Assembly (NCBI GenBank): GCA_965656495.1
Contig: CBFHKU010000006.1
Location: 40,184-104,183, forward strand
Length of the DNA: 64,000 nt
Source: Coraliomargaritaceae bacterium
GTDB lineage: Bacteria; Verrucomicrobiota; Verrucomicrobiia; Opitutales; Coraliomargaritaceae
Direction of reading: 5' to 3'
Shown piece by piece: positions 21,002 through 31,845 of this stretch. A program made the translations under genes and the position numbers. The notes under the pieces are model-generated. The model was not told the origin of the DNA and searched no databases. It was given only the letters and a program-made list of their open reading frames with translations. Numbering within the stretch: the first letter of the stretch is position 1; each line of letters starts with the position of its first letter.

Positions 21002-21716
21002 TCCGGTGGATGCGATGGTGCGGGCGGCGCGGGAACTCGCCGATGGAGTGGACGCCCTGGATTTTGCGCCGCCAACGGAGGTGGTTTATAATCCCTTGCG
21101 GTATGCCTGGGCGGCGCATGAGCAATACCTGCGCCTGCACGCGCGGGGAAAGAAACGGGTGATTTTCCTGGGGATGAACCCCGGGCCGTTTGGGATGGCG
21201 CAATGCGGGGTGCCGTTTGGCGAGATTGCGCTGGTGCGCGATTGGGTGGGGGTCGAAGCTCCGGTTGAACAACCACCGGTGGTGCACCCGAAGCGCCCGA
21301 TCGAAGGGTTTGCCTGCCAGCGCAGCGAGGTGAGCGGGCGCCGTTTATGGGGTGCCTTCAAGGATCGTTTTGGCACGGCGGAAGCGTTTTTTGCTGATCA
21401 TTTCGTGGCAAATTATTGTCCTTTGGTTTTCATGGAAGCTTCGGGAAAAAACCGCACCCCGGACAAACTGCCGGCTTCGGAGGCGGAGGCTTTGGGCTCG
21501 CTTTGCGCCGCGCATTTGCAGGCGGTGGTTGCGGCGCTGGAGCCGGAATGGGTGATTGGGGTCGGTGCGTTTGCGGAGCAGCAGGCGGCGGAGGCGCTGG
21601 CGGGTGGTGCTGCGCGGGTGGGTCGAATCCTGCATCCCAGTCCTGCGAGTCCGGCGGCGAATCGTGGCTGGGCGGAACAGGCGAGTGCGCAACTGGAGGC
21701 CTTGGGCATCTGGTGA
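20994..21716 (+). CDS. SMUG1-type (family 3) uracil-DNA glycosylase
   Basis: YNPLRYA, GMNPGPFGMAQCGVPFG, RSEVSGRR, NYCPL and HPSPASP. Confidence 0.93.
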   Translation: MPDPVDAMVRAARELADGVDALDFAPPTEVVYNPLRYAWAAHEQYLRLHARGKKRVIFLGMNPGPFGMAQCGVPFGEIALVRDWVGVEAPVEQPPVVHPKRPIEGFACQRSEVSGRRLWGAFKDRFGTAEAFFADHFVANYCPLVFMEASGKNRTPDKLPASEAEALGSLCAAHLQAVVAALEPEWVIGVGAFAEQQAAEALAGGAARVGRILHPSPASPAANRGWAEQASAQLEALGIW

Positions 21717-21786
21717 AAGTGAAGCCTCCATGCATTTAAAATTGTCAACTTCCGGGAAGTGTGTCGTATATTTTATTTTTTAAGTT

Positions 21787-22176
21787 ATGCAAATTACTCT
21801 ACTCAAATCGAAGCTGTTGCGTGCAGAAGTGACGGATCGGGCCCTGCACTACGAGGGAAGTTTGGCAATCGACGCAGATTTTATGCAGGCGGTGGGCTTG
21901 CGGCCCTATGAGAAAATTTTGGTGGGCAATATCAGTAACGGGGAGCGTTTTGAAACCTATGCGATCGAGGCGCCGAGTGGTTCGCATTGCATCGCCCTCA
22001 ATGGTGCGGCGGCGCACAAGGGTGAGTTGGGGGATTTGCTGGTGATTATGGCATTTGGCATGTTTGAGGCGGAAGAGGCGGAACACTGGAAGCCTCGGGT
22101 CTTGCTCCTTTCTGAGGGCAACCGGAGTGCGGTACTTCAGGAAAAAGTACTGCTTGCGAAGGACATTATACAATAA
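21787..22176 (+). CDS. panD: Aspartate 1-decarboxylase
   Basis: YEG|SL self-cleavage site, [10 protein letters not shown] and LNGAAA. Confidence 0.92.
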   Translation: MQITLLKSKLLRAEVTDRALHYEGSLAIDADFMQAVGLRPYEKILVGNISNGERFETYAIEAPSGSHCIALNGAAAHKGELGDLLVIMAFGMFEAEEAEHWKPRVLLLSEGNRSAVLQEKVLLAKDIIQ

Positions 22177-22561
22177 GAAGGGACGAGCTCAGATTCTACA
22201 GACGAAACAGCGGGAAGCCATTTTGAAGGTTTTGCAGGAGGCAAAACGCCCGCTTACGCGCGACGAAATCTTATCTTTGGCGCGTAAAAAGATTCCACGC
22301 TTGGGGTTTTCCACTGTTAATCTCGCGATTCGCAAATTTTCGGAGGAGTACGATCTAGTCGGGGTGGATTTTCCGGGGCAACCACGCCGCTATGAATTGC
22401 CTGCGGATAGGGAGCACCCGCATTTTATTTGCCGGAAGTGCAATCGGGTTTATGATTTGGATTGTGTGATGCAGTTACCACCGCTGCGGGCGCCGAAGGG
22501 TTTTGTGGTTTCGGGTGGGGAAGTTATCTATACGGGTATATGCAGGGCATGCAATCAATGA
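22154..22561 (+). CDS. Fur-family transcriptional regulator (start uncertain)
   Basis: [22 protein letters not shown] and YTGICRAC; the nearest in-frame standard start is TTG 22154, inside panD. Confidence 0.8.
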   Translation: MRRTLYNKKGRAQILQTKQREAILKVLQEAKRPLTRDEILSLARKKIPRLGFSTVNLAIRKFSEEYDLVGVDFPGQPRRYELPADREHPHFICRKCNRVYDLDCVMQLPPLRAPKGFVVSGGEVIYTGICRACNQ

Positions 22562-23433
22562 AGCGAATCCTACTGCGCCTGTTGTTCTTGAGTCTGACGC
22601 CTTCAATTGCCTGCGCACTCGCAAAAGCGGAGGCGCCGAGTGCGAATGAGCCGGTTCAACGTTTGGTTAGTCTGGCGCCAAGTATCACGGAAGTTGTTTA
22701 TGCGCTAGATGCAGAGGATCGGTTGGTGGGGCGTTCAAAAAATTGTGATTTCCCGGCGGTTGCTTTGGCGGTGGAATCGGTCGGGCGAATCGATATGCCG
22801 AATCTGGAAAAGATAGTTTTGCTTGATCCGGATCTGGTCGTGATGACGAATTTAACGCCGGTGGATGTCATGCGCCGCTTGGAGGATTTGGGGATGCGGG
22901 TGGTACGTTTGAGGGCGGACCGGCTGGAGGATATTACGGAAGCGTTGCGGCGTTTAGGGGCGTTGCTGGGTCAGAATGCGGAAGCGGAGTGGATGGTGGG
23001 TTTATTTGCGGGGGCGTTGGCTGACTTGACGGCAAAGGGCGAAGCTTATGATGGGGCAGCTCCGCGTGCCTGTGTTTTATATGGATGTGACGCGCCGTAT
23101 TTCAGTGCGGGAAAGGGGACTTTCCCGAGTGCTTTACTGGAGCGGGCCGGGTTTAGTAATATTGCGAAGGCGGCACCGGTAGCATGGCCGCAGTTGAATT
23201 TGGAATGGTTGATTCGCCAGGATCCCGAAGCCATTTTTATCGCGGGATATGGGGAGGCGGAATCGGGGGAGTTGGAATTGGAACGCCTGCGGTCGAGTGC
23301 GCTATGGAATCAGGTTTCGGCAATCCGGAACGGGCGGGTTTATTTCATTGGGAACAATGCCCTCTCGGTTCCGGGATTTCGGGCGATTGACGCACTGCAT
23401 CGATTTTCAGAAGTGCGGGCTGAATTTCCCTAA
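22558..23433 (+). CDS. BtuF-like cobalamin/metal-chelate binding protein
   Basis: Signal peptide, RLVSLAPSITEVVYAL, PNLEKIVLLDPDLV and AIRNGRV. Confidence 0.85.
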   Translation: MKRILLRLLFLSLTPSIACALAKAEAPSANEPVQRLVSLAPSITEVVYALDAEDRLVGRSKNCDFPAVALAVESVGRIDMPNLEKIVLLDPDLVVMTNLTPVDVMRRLEDLGMRVVRLRADRLEDITEALRRLGALLGQNAEAEWMVGLFAGALADLTAKGEAYDGAAPRACVLYGCDAPYFSAGKGTFPSALLERAGFSNIAKAAPVAWPQLNLEWLIRQDPEAIFIAGYGEAESGELELERLRSSALWNQVSAIRNGRVYFIGNNALSVPGFRAIDALHRFSEVRAEFP

Positions 23434-23504
23434 GGGAATCCTTGCGCTCGTCGTTCGATTCTCATTATAAGCGATCTGGATCAAGAGCTTTAATCGTTAA
23501 ATTT

Positions 23505-24344
23505 ATGGATAAAAAACTACAAGCAGGAGTGAAGGCACGTTTGGATGCGGTTGAAGGGATGTTGCCCGAACTGGAGCAATTTTTAATGGATTTACAGGCA
23601 GGGGATTTTGGAATTGAGACAAAGACCAATGCCTTTGACCTCGTGACGGAGGGTGATGTCGCGAGTCAGGCGCGGCTCGTCGAATTCATTGAGGGGCAGT
23701 TTCCGGATGACCAGATCATCGGGGAGGAAGGCGGCGAACAGGATATGGTTCCGCAGCAGGGGTTTTGCTGGGTTCTGGATCCGATTGACGGGACGACCAA
23801 TTTCGCGAATCGCATCCCGATGTGGGCGATTTCTATCGGGGTCTTGTATGACGGTGAGCCAGTTGGCGGGATTGTATCGGGGCCGGCATTGGGGCTGCGT
23901 TATCGTGGTGAATTGAATGGCGGTGCGCTTTGCAATGGTCGGCCCATTCGGGTGAATGAGAAGGCGCCGCTACGGTCTGGCTTGGTGGTGACGGGCTTCC
24001 CTTATGATCGGGCGCGACGGGCTGAGCCGATTTCGCGGGCTTTGGCGAATATGTTGCGCGAGGCGGGTGGGGTGCGCCGTTTGGGAGCCGCCTCGCTGGA
24101 TTTTTGTTTTGTAGCGGATGGGCGCATTTCGGGCTATTACGAAATGTCGCTCAAGCCTTGGGATGCCGCCGCAGGGGTGGTGATCGCACGTGAGGCCGGG
24201 GCGACGCTCAGCAATATGTCGGGCGGGGCACTGGATATTTTTAAGGATGAAGGGACGATTGTGACGAACGGGAAGATCCACGATGAATTGCGGGTGCAAG
24301 CGGCGCCGATGCTGGAGGCGCTCGCACTCGGTCCATCGGCCTAG
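23505..24344 (+). CDS. suhB: Inositol monophosphatase family protein
   Basis: DLVTEGD, GEE, WVLDPIDGTTNF, RRLGAASLD and PWDAAAG. Confidence 0.88.
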   Translation: MDKKLQAGVKARLDAVEGMLPELEQFLMDLQAGDFGIETKTNAFDLVTEGDVASQARLVEFIEGQFPDDQIIGEEGGEQDMVPQQGFCWVLDPIDGTTNFANRIPMWAISIGVLYDGEPVGGIVSGPALGLRYRGELNGGALCNGRPIRVNEKAPLRSGLVVTGFPYDRARRAEPISRALANMLREAGGVRRLGAASLDFCFVADGRISGYYEMSLKPWDAAAGVVIAREAGATLSNMSGGALDIFKDEGTIVTNGKIHDELRVQAAPMLEALALGPSA

Positions 24345-24419
24345 AGTGAGGGCTTATGGAGGCGCGGGCTTTCCAGTCTTGACCTTTTTGCGGCGGACCG
24401 CACTTTATCTCTTCCTTAC

Positions 24420-24494
<75 letters not shown>

Positions 24495-24550
24495 TTCGAA
24501 TCGATTGTTCTCAATCCTTCCCTTCGGACCACCGTCAATCTGTTGATACC

Positions 24551-25327
24551 ATGATACGCATCCTTGGACGAACTGCACTCGGCCTGGTTTACGAGTTTGG
24601 CGATTGGACGGTTTTCAGTTTCGGTTCTTTTTTTGGTTTTTGGTCTCAGCGACGCCGGGGACACAAACTGGTAACCGCGATTCATGAGATCGGCGGTCGT
24701 TGTGTGCCGATTGTGCTTACGGTGGGTTTATTTACCGGGCTCGTGATGGGCTTGCAGCTATACTACACCTTGGCGCGCTTGGGGGCAGAGGCCGCGCTGG
24801 GGGATGCGGTGGGACTTTCGCTAGTGCGCGAACTAGGCCCGGTTTTAACGGCGCTCATGGTTGTCGGGCAATCGGGTTCCGCGATGACCTCGGAGCTGGG
24901 TTTCCAGCGCAATGACGAGCAAATTGATGCGCTGCAAACGATGGGGATCGATGCCAAGAGTTTCCTGGTTGGGCCGCGCTTGTGGGCGGCTCTGTTTTGT
25001 TTTCCGGCGCTGACCGCACTCTTTGATTTGATCGGAGTGTTTGGCGGTTATCTGACGGGTTCGGTGCTCTTGAATGTGGATGCGGGGGTCTATTGGAACC
25101 ACGTATTCGATAGCATCACCTGGGCGGATGTGCGCGGGGGCTTTATCAAGGCGGTTTGTTTTGGAGCGTTGACGATCTCGATTTGCGCTTATCGCGGGTT
25201 TTTCACGCATTTAAAGTCCAGCCTGCGCGGGGTGCGGGGGGTCAGTGAATCTGCGACGCGGGCGGTCGTTTTTTCGAGCGTCGCGGTTTTGGCGGCCGAT
25301 TATTTAATCACTTCATTTTTAATTTAA
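24551..25327 (+). CDS. mlaE: MlaE ABC permease
   Basis: LVRELGPVLTALMVVGQSGSAMTSELG and EQIDALQTMGID. Confidence 0.93.
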   Translation: MIRILGRTALGLVYEFGDWTVFSFGSFFGFWSQRRRGHKLVTAIHEIGGRCVPIVLTVGLFTGLVMGLQLYYTLARLGAEAALGDAVGLSLVRELGPVLTALMVVGQSGSAMTSELGFQRNDEQIDALQTMGIDAKSFLVGPRLWAALFCFPALTALFDLIGVFGGYLTGSVLLNVDAGVYWNHVFDSITWADVRGGFIKAVCFGALTISICAYRGFFTHLKSSLRGVRGVSESATRAVVFSSVAVLAADYLITSFLI

Positions 25328-25328
25328 C

Positions 25329-26081
25329 ATGAGCGAGAGTTTTCTCCAGATACGCGGCTTAAAGAAGCACTTCGGCGACAAGCGGGTGCTGGACGGGGTG
25401 GAGCTGGATATTGCGCGGGCCTCCGTTACCACGATCATCGGAAAGAGCGGCATCGGAAAATCCGTGCTTTTGAAATGTATTGCCAACCTCATGATTCCGG
25501 ACGCGGGGGAAATTCTGCTCGATGGCAGCTCGATCCGCCTGAATCGCAAGCGTGCCGATCAAGAGGGGGGCTTCACTTTCAGTTACATGTTTCAAAATAA
25601 TGCCCTCTTTGATTCGTTGACTGCATCTGAAAATGTAGCGTTGCCCTTACGGGAAGCAATGGGCATGACGGCCTCTGAAGCGAAGGGGAAGGTTGCGGAA
25701 TTGTTTGAGCTATTGGATTTGACGGAAGCGGGGGCACGTTATCCCGCAGAGCTTTCAGGGGGCATGCAAAAACGGGTGGCCTTGGCGCGTGCTTTAGTGA
25801 CCAACCCGGAGGTGGTGCTTTTTGATGAACCAACCACCGGCCTTGATCCAGAACGGAAATTCGGGGTATTTGATATGATTGCGGACTACCGTGAGCGTTT
25901 CGGCTTTACCGCTTTATTGGTGAGTCATGACATCCCGGAGGTTTTTGAAATCAGTGACCGCGTGGCGTGGTTGGATGATGGGCGCATCCGTTTTTTTGGC
26001 GATCCCTCCGAGCTGAAAGCGGACTCGTCCCGATCGTGGTCCGGCCTGTTGCAATCGCAGGCGGCTCCAAATGAAACTTAG
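25329..26081 (+). CDS. mlaF: MlaF ABC ATPase
   Basis: GKSGIGKS, LSGGMQKRVALARAL and DEPTTGLDP. Confidence 0.92.
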   Translation: MSESFLQIRGLKKHFGDKRVLDGVELDIARASVTTIIGKSGIGKSVLLKCIANLMIPDAGEILLDGSSIRLNRKRADQEGGFTFSYMFQNNALFDSLTASENVALPLREAMGMTASEAKGKVAELFELLDLTEAGARYPAELSGGMQKRVALARALVTNPEVVLFDEPTTGLDPERKFGVFDMIADYRERFGFTALLVSHDIPEVFEISDRVAWLDDGRIRFFGDPSELKADSSRSWSGLLQSQAAPNET

Positions 26082-26101
26082 CATTTTAATATATCGAAGG
26101 C

Positions 26102-26560
26102 ATGAAAAATACAAAAATTGAATATCTGGTTGGCTGTTTTGTCCTCGCGGGTTTGGCGGCGATTCTCTACCTCGCAATTCAAGTCGGAGGTGCACGGCTC
26201 CTGGGGGGCGACGTTTATCAATTGCAGGCGCAATTTTCCAGTGCGGCGGGGGTGAATCCCGGAAGCCGGGTTGAAATTGCGGGGGTTCGCGTCGGCACCG
26301 TAAAAAGTGTAAATCTGGATGAGGCCTACTTTGCTCTGGTCACGCTCGAATTGCCCCGTTCGGTTAAGATCGATGCCGATACGATCGCCTCCGTTAAAAC
26401 ATCCGGTTTAATCGGGGATCGTTTCATTGAACTCTCTCCCGGAGGCTCGGATCTCTTTCTTGAAAATGGTGAGATGTTGTACGATACTGAATCAGCGCTT
26501 GATATTGAGGATCTCATCAGTCGTTTCGCGCTGGGTGGAATTGACAGCAATAAAGAGTAA
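26102..26560 (+). CDS. mlaD: MlaD MCE protein
   Basis: N-terminal membrane anchor, VEIAGVRVGTV and TSGLIGDRFIELSPGG. Confidence 0.93.
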   Translation: MKNTKIEYLVGCFVLAGLAAILYLAIQVGGARLLGGDVYQLQAQFSSAAGVNPGSRVEIAGVRVGTVKSVNLDEAYFALVTLELPRSVKIDADTIASVKTSGLIGDRFIELSPGGSDLFLENGEMLYDTESALDIEDLISRFALGGIDSNKE

Positions 26561-26577
26561 TCATAAGGTCTGGTACT

Positions 26578-27183
26578 ATGTATAAGGTAATTCTAGTAGG
26601 TTTAATTATTTTGTTCGGGAGCGCGAGCGCCTCCGCCGACCCGGTTGAGGAATTAAGGGGGTCGGTCGCAGAGGCAGTTGAGGTGCTCTTTGGGGAGGGA
26701 TGCGACGCAAAGAGCGTTGAACTCAAGCGGGATGAGGTACGCGCTGCTTTTGAGAAAAACTACAATATGGATATCATCATTCGCCGTGCGATAGGACGCA
26801 ACTGGAGGCGCCTTACGGAAGATGAGCAAACGCGCGTATTGGAGCTGATCAAAGCAGTGGTGCTCAAAGCTTACATCGACGGGATGGAGGGCAGAGCGCG
26901 ACCAGAAATTAGTTATGGAGTGGCGGTTCAACAAGGGGAGCATCGTCTCGAAGTACCCTCAGTTGTTACTTTAGAGGACCGCAAGGTAAGCCTGAAATAC
27001 AAATTGGCACGGATGGAGTCAGGCTGGGAGCTCTACGACCTCGTAGCAGAGGAGATCAGTTTGGTCTCGAATTATCGCCAACAATTTGACGATCATTTTC
27101 GTCGCGGAAATGCGGCGGAACTCATTGAGAAATTGGAAGGATTATTGAATCATGAAAAACTGGATCATAAAGTCACTCTATAA
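26578..27183 (+). CDS. mlaC: MlaC/Ttg2D phospholipid-binding protein
   Basis: AIGRNWR and WELYDLVAEEISLVSNYRQQF. Confidence 0.88.
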   Translation: MYKVILVGLIILFGSASASADPVEELRGSVAEAVEVLFGEGCDAKSVELKRDEVRAAFEKNYNMDIIIRRAIGRNWRRLTEDEQTRVLELIKAVVLKAYIDGMEGRARPEISYGVAVQQGEHRLEVPSVVTLEDRKVSLKYKLARMESGWELYDLVAEEISLVSNYRQQFDDHFRRGNAAELIEKLEGLLNHEKLDHKVTL

Positions 27184-27913
27184 GCTGAGTGTATTATCCG
27201 TCTTGTGCGTGGTGCCCCTTGGGTTGCCAGTTTACGGTGAATCCTATGTAACGATGGAGGATTTGTTCGATGAGGGTATTGAGCAAATGTCTCCGGTGGT
27301 GAGGGATCCTTTAGAACCGTTGAACCGCATAATTTTTAAATTCAATGACTTTCTTTATCTGAATGTTTTTAATCCCGTAGCCCGCACTTACGAGTGGGTC
27401 ACTCCGGATCCTTTAGAACAACGATTCTCGAATTTCTTTGAAAATCTAGGCACCCCGGTTCGTCTGGTGGGCAATGTTTTGCAGGGTAAATGGGATGGCG
27501 CCCTTAATGAAAGCGGACGTTTTCTTTTGAATTCCACTATCGGGATTGCCGGACTGAACCGTCCGGCGGACGAGGTGTCTTTTCTCGAGCAACTGCCAAA
27601 GGAAGATATGGGTCAGGCGCTTGGCTCATGGGGCTTCAAAGACGGACCCTATCTCTTGCTTCCGGTTCTTGGGCCTTCTTCATTTCGTGACCTGATCGGT
27701 CGCGTTGGAGACCGCGCGGTTGATCCTTTCAAGTTTCCTTTTGCGGAGTTCGATGAATGGGAAGTGCGCACGGCTTACGGTGTAGGCGGCATTCTGGTGA
27801 ACAGTCCTTCATTGGTGGATCGTTACAAGCAAATGAAGGGAGGGGCATTGGACCCTTACATCGCCCTGCGCAACGGCTATTTCCAGTATCGCGATGCTGC
27901 GATCAAGGAATAA
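27152..27913 (+). CDS. mlaA: MlaA/VacJ family protein
   Basis: DPLEPLNRIIFKFND, EDMGQALGSWG, GPYLLLPVLGPSS and DPYIALRNGY. Confidence 0.92.
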   Translation: MKNWIIKSLYKLSVLSVLCVVPLGLPVYGESYVTMEDLFDEGIEQMSPVVRDPLEPLNRIIFKFNDFLYLNVFNPVARTYEWVTPDPLEQRFSNFFENLGTPVRLVGNVLQGKWDGALNESGRFLLNSTIGIAGLNRPADEVSFLEQLPKEDMGQALGSWGFKDGPYLLLPVLGPSSFRDLIGRVGDRAVDPFKFPFAEFDEWEVRTAYGVGGILVNSPSLVDRYKQMKGGALDPYIALRNGYFQYRDAAIKE

Positions 27914-27922
27914 AGAAGCGCC

Positions 27923-28711
27923 TCATAAAAAGAAGCGGTTAAAATTTTCCTCCACCGTGAGCGCCAGTTCCTCAGGGGGGCATTTCCTGAGCTCCGCGAT
28001 GGCTCGGTATGCGGCATTCAGATTTGCGGGATGACACAATCCTTCTCCGGCCACCTCTAGCTCATACTCGCGATAGGCTGTCTGTGGAAGGAAGTCGGGG
28101 GCATCGGTCTCGATGAGGAGTCGATCTGCGGGTATTGCAAGCAATCGTGCTTGGGCCGCAGGACGGTGCAACTGGCCGCCGTTGAAGGAGAAATAGGCTC
28201 CGAGGGAGGTTAACTCCTCGATAAGCTCCAGTGGTCCGCTGTAGGCGTGCAGGTGAAAGCCCCGGGCTGGAAGCGCGGCAGTGCGCAGGATGTTCATGAG
28301 GGGGCCGGTTGCTTTCAGGGCATGAATACTGACGGGAAGGTTCTTTTCTGTCGCGAAGTGTAGTTGAAATTCAAATACAGGAATTTGCTTTGCGAGATCA
28401 TGCCCTTCGATCCAGCAGTCGAGGCCGATTTCACCGACAGCGCGGGCGCCTGATTTAAAAGCCTCAAGGAAGGATGTCTGCCAACCGGCGGCGGCGTGCG
28501 GTACTTGCCATGGGTGCAGGCCAATCGCGGGGAGAAAGCGAGAGTTGTCAGCGCACTGCCTTAGAACGAGAGGCCAGTCATGCGGGCCGGTGCCGACCAC
28601 TACGGCCTTGCCGAGATTGATGCAGTGGTAAGCCTTCCCGATTTCGCTTTGATGCGTATGTAGCCTGGGGTCTGCCAGATGGACATGCGCATCGTAGAGG
28701 CGGGCGGTCAT
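27923..28711 (-). CDS. TatD-family hydrolase
   Basis: DAHVHL, GLHPW, VGEIGLD and ETDAPD. Confidence 0.9.
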   Translation of the reverse strand: MTARLYDAHVHLADPRLHTHQSEIGKAYHCINLGKAVVVGTGPHDWPLVLRQCADNSRFLPAIGLHPWQVPHAAAGWQTSFLEAFKSGARAVGEIGLDCWIEGHDLAKQIPVFEFQLHFATEKNLPVSIHALKATGPLMNILRTAALPARGFHLHAYSGPLELIEELTSLGAYFSFNGGQLHRPAAQARLLAIPADRLLIETDAPDFLPQTAYREYELEVAGEGLCHPANLNAAYRAIAELRKCPPEELALTVEENFNRFFL

Positions 28712-28725
28712 ATCCGGTATGGAAT

Positions 28726-29145
28726 TCAGGAGGCGGCGAGACAGGAGCGTGCAAAATGTTGGATAAACTCCACGATTCGGCTCAGGCCATTGCGACGGTT
28801 CGGGGAAAGATGCTGCGTGACTCCAACTTCGCCGAGGAAGGCGGCATCATTTTCGATTATTTCCTGAGGCGGGGCGTCGCTGTAGAAATCGCAGAGGAGG
28901 GTCGCTATTCCCTTGACGATCGCCGAGTCCGATTCGGATTTAAAATGACAACGGCCCTCCTTGAATTCGGGAACGACCCACAGTTGGGACATGCAGCCCT
29001 CGATCTTGAATTGGTCGATGCGTAAGTCATCCGGCAAGCCAGTCGCGAGCTTGCCGCGCTCCACGAGGTAGCCAAGGCGTTCGTAGGCATCAGGGATCAG
29101 TTGAATCTCCTCAACCAAGGCGGTCTGTTTATCTGTGAGGCTCAT
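28726..29145 (-). CDS. sufE: SufE-family Fe-S sulfur acceptor
   Basis: IEGCMSQLWV, SDSAIVKG and HLSPNRRNGL. Confidence 0.92.
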   Translation of the reverse strand: MSLTDKQTALVEEIQLIPDAYERLGYLVERGKLATGLPDDLRIDQFKIEGCMSQLWVVPEFKEGRCHFKSESDSAIVKGIATLLCDFYSDAPPQEIIENDAAFLGEVGVTQHLSPNRRNGLSRIVEFIQHFARSCLAAS

Positions 29146-29202
29146 TTCCGTACACAAGAGCGCAGGCGATTCAAAAAGTCAAACCAGCGCCGAAAACCGA
29201 AT

Positions 29203-29550
29203 GAACATCGAACTTTGAACTTCCAATATTCAACCTTCGAGATTCGAATTTTAATGTGGTTCAGTGACCACCCTTCCTATCCGTGGCATCCGCGTGATTC
29301 TTTCCGTTCGTGGTTCTAAGATTCAACCACCAAAAGTACGAAATATACGAACGGTGTTTCGGACGCGATGCACTGAGGCCAGCAGAGCTGGCAACCGCTA
29401 ATCTGCGCTAATCAACCCTTATCTTTCCCTTAGCGCACTTAGCTGGCCACTCCATCATTTGCGTGAATTCGTGGTTAAATCAGTGACCACCCTTCCTATC
29501 GGTGGCATCCGCGTGATTCGTAGTTTCCCTATCAGCGTCCATCCGCGGTT
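29203..29550. repeat. Mosaic of REP-like elements including a 39-bp direct repeat
   Basis: CAGTGACCACCCTTCCTATC(C/G)GTGGCATCCGCGTGATTC at 29262-29300 and 29481-29519, plus several short-period motifs. Confidence 0.8.
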
Positions 29551-29665
29551 TCCGGCTACGCCGGACTCGGGTTGTAGGGCCAGTAACCACCACCACGACC
29601 GGACAAGCCGCGGGCTGGTTAGTTGTGAAGGTGTGAAAAAACGGGGGTTCGCTGGAAGCGGGTAC

Positions 29666-29697
29666 AAAAAAGCCCGGCCTTTGCGGGGCCGGGCTTT
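29666..29697 (-). terminator. Terminator downstream of eno
   Basis: Plus strand AAAAAAGCCCGGCC...GGCCGGGCTTT, i.e. a hairpin plus T-tract on the minus strand. Confidence 0.85.
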
Positions 29698-29717
29698 CGG
29701 GAAAGGGAATGCCTTCC

Positions 29718-31121
<1,404 letters not shown>

Positions 31122-31146
31122 CTACTGTCAATAATACAGGTTTTTC

Positions 31147-31830
31147 TTAGCGCAATTGTTGCAAGCGTTGCTGCCATGGACCCGCCTGCTCGATACCATC
31201 CATTTGTTCCGCGAGATTTGAGAAATCGGTTTTGCGATTTTCAAGATGTGCGCTGAGCGCTAAATAGTAGAGTGCCTCGGCGCGAATGATTGCGGCGTTT
31301 TCCGGAGCGGCGGCCAAGGCTTCCAGTTCGCCTTGGGCAGTTTCCGAATCGCCTGCTTTGTTTGCGGCAAAGGCATGACCAAGGCGCGCACGGCTGACCA
31401 AAAGCGGATCCTTGAGCGCCGCTATCGCGCGGGCGTAATTCTCCTTGGCGCTTTCGTATGCCTCTGCTTCATAGGCGGCATCGGCGGCCTGCAACGCTGC
31501 AAAGCCCCCAAGGTCGAGGGTGGGGTAGTCCGTTGCGAAGGATTCAAGTGAGTCGCTTGCCTGGGCTTCCATATAAAGGGACTGTTGTTTCTGGGCGGCG
31601 TAGTCCCCGTATATGCGCACGCCGTTGAAGCCGATTATAACGAGGGCGAGCACCGCGATGCATCCGCTGACAAAGGCTTTGTTCTCCATCCAATACATGG
31701 AGACACGTTCCTCAATCGCGATATCTGCCGATTCCTCCGCGTCGACAAGATTGCGCTCGTCGATGTCAGCGGCCTCATCCTTGGCTTCAGGTAAAAGGTT
31801 TTTGTTTTTCTTATGTTGTGGGCGTTTCAT
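31147..31830 (-). CDS. Membrane-anchored TPR-like protein (YfgM-like)
   Basis: Single TM segment after YWMENK followed by Ala-rich helical repeats. Confidence 0.65.
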   Translation of the reverse strand: MKRPQHKKNKNLLPEAKDEAADIDERNLVDAEESADIAIEERVSMYWMENKAFVSGCIAVLALVIIGFNGVRIYGDYAAQKQQSLYMEAQASDSLESFATDYPTLDLGGFAALQAADAAYEAEAYESAKENYARAIAALKDPLLVSRARLGHAFAANKAGDSETAQGELEALAAAPENAAIIRAEALYYLALSAHLENRKTDFSNLAEQMDGIEQAGPWQQRLQQLR

Positions 31831-31845
31831 GATAAATTGTGCGCA

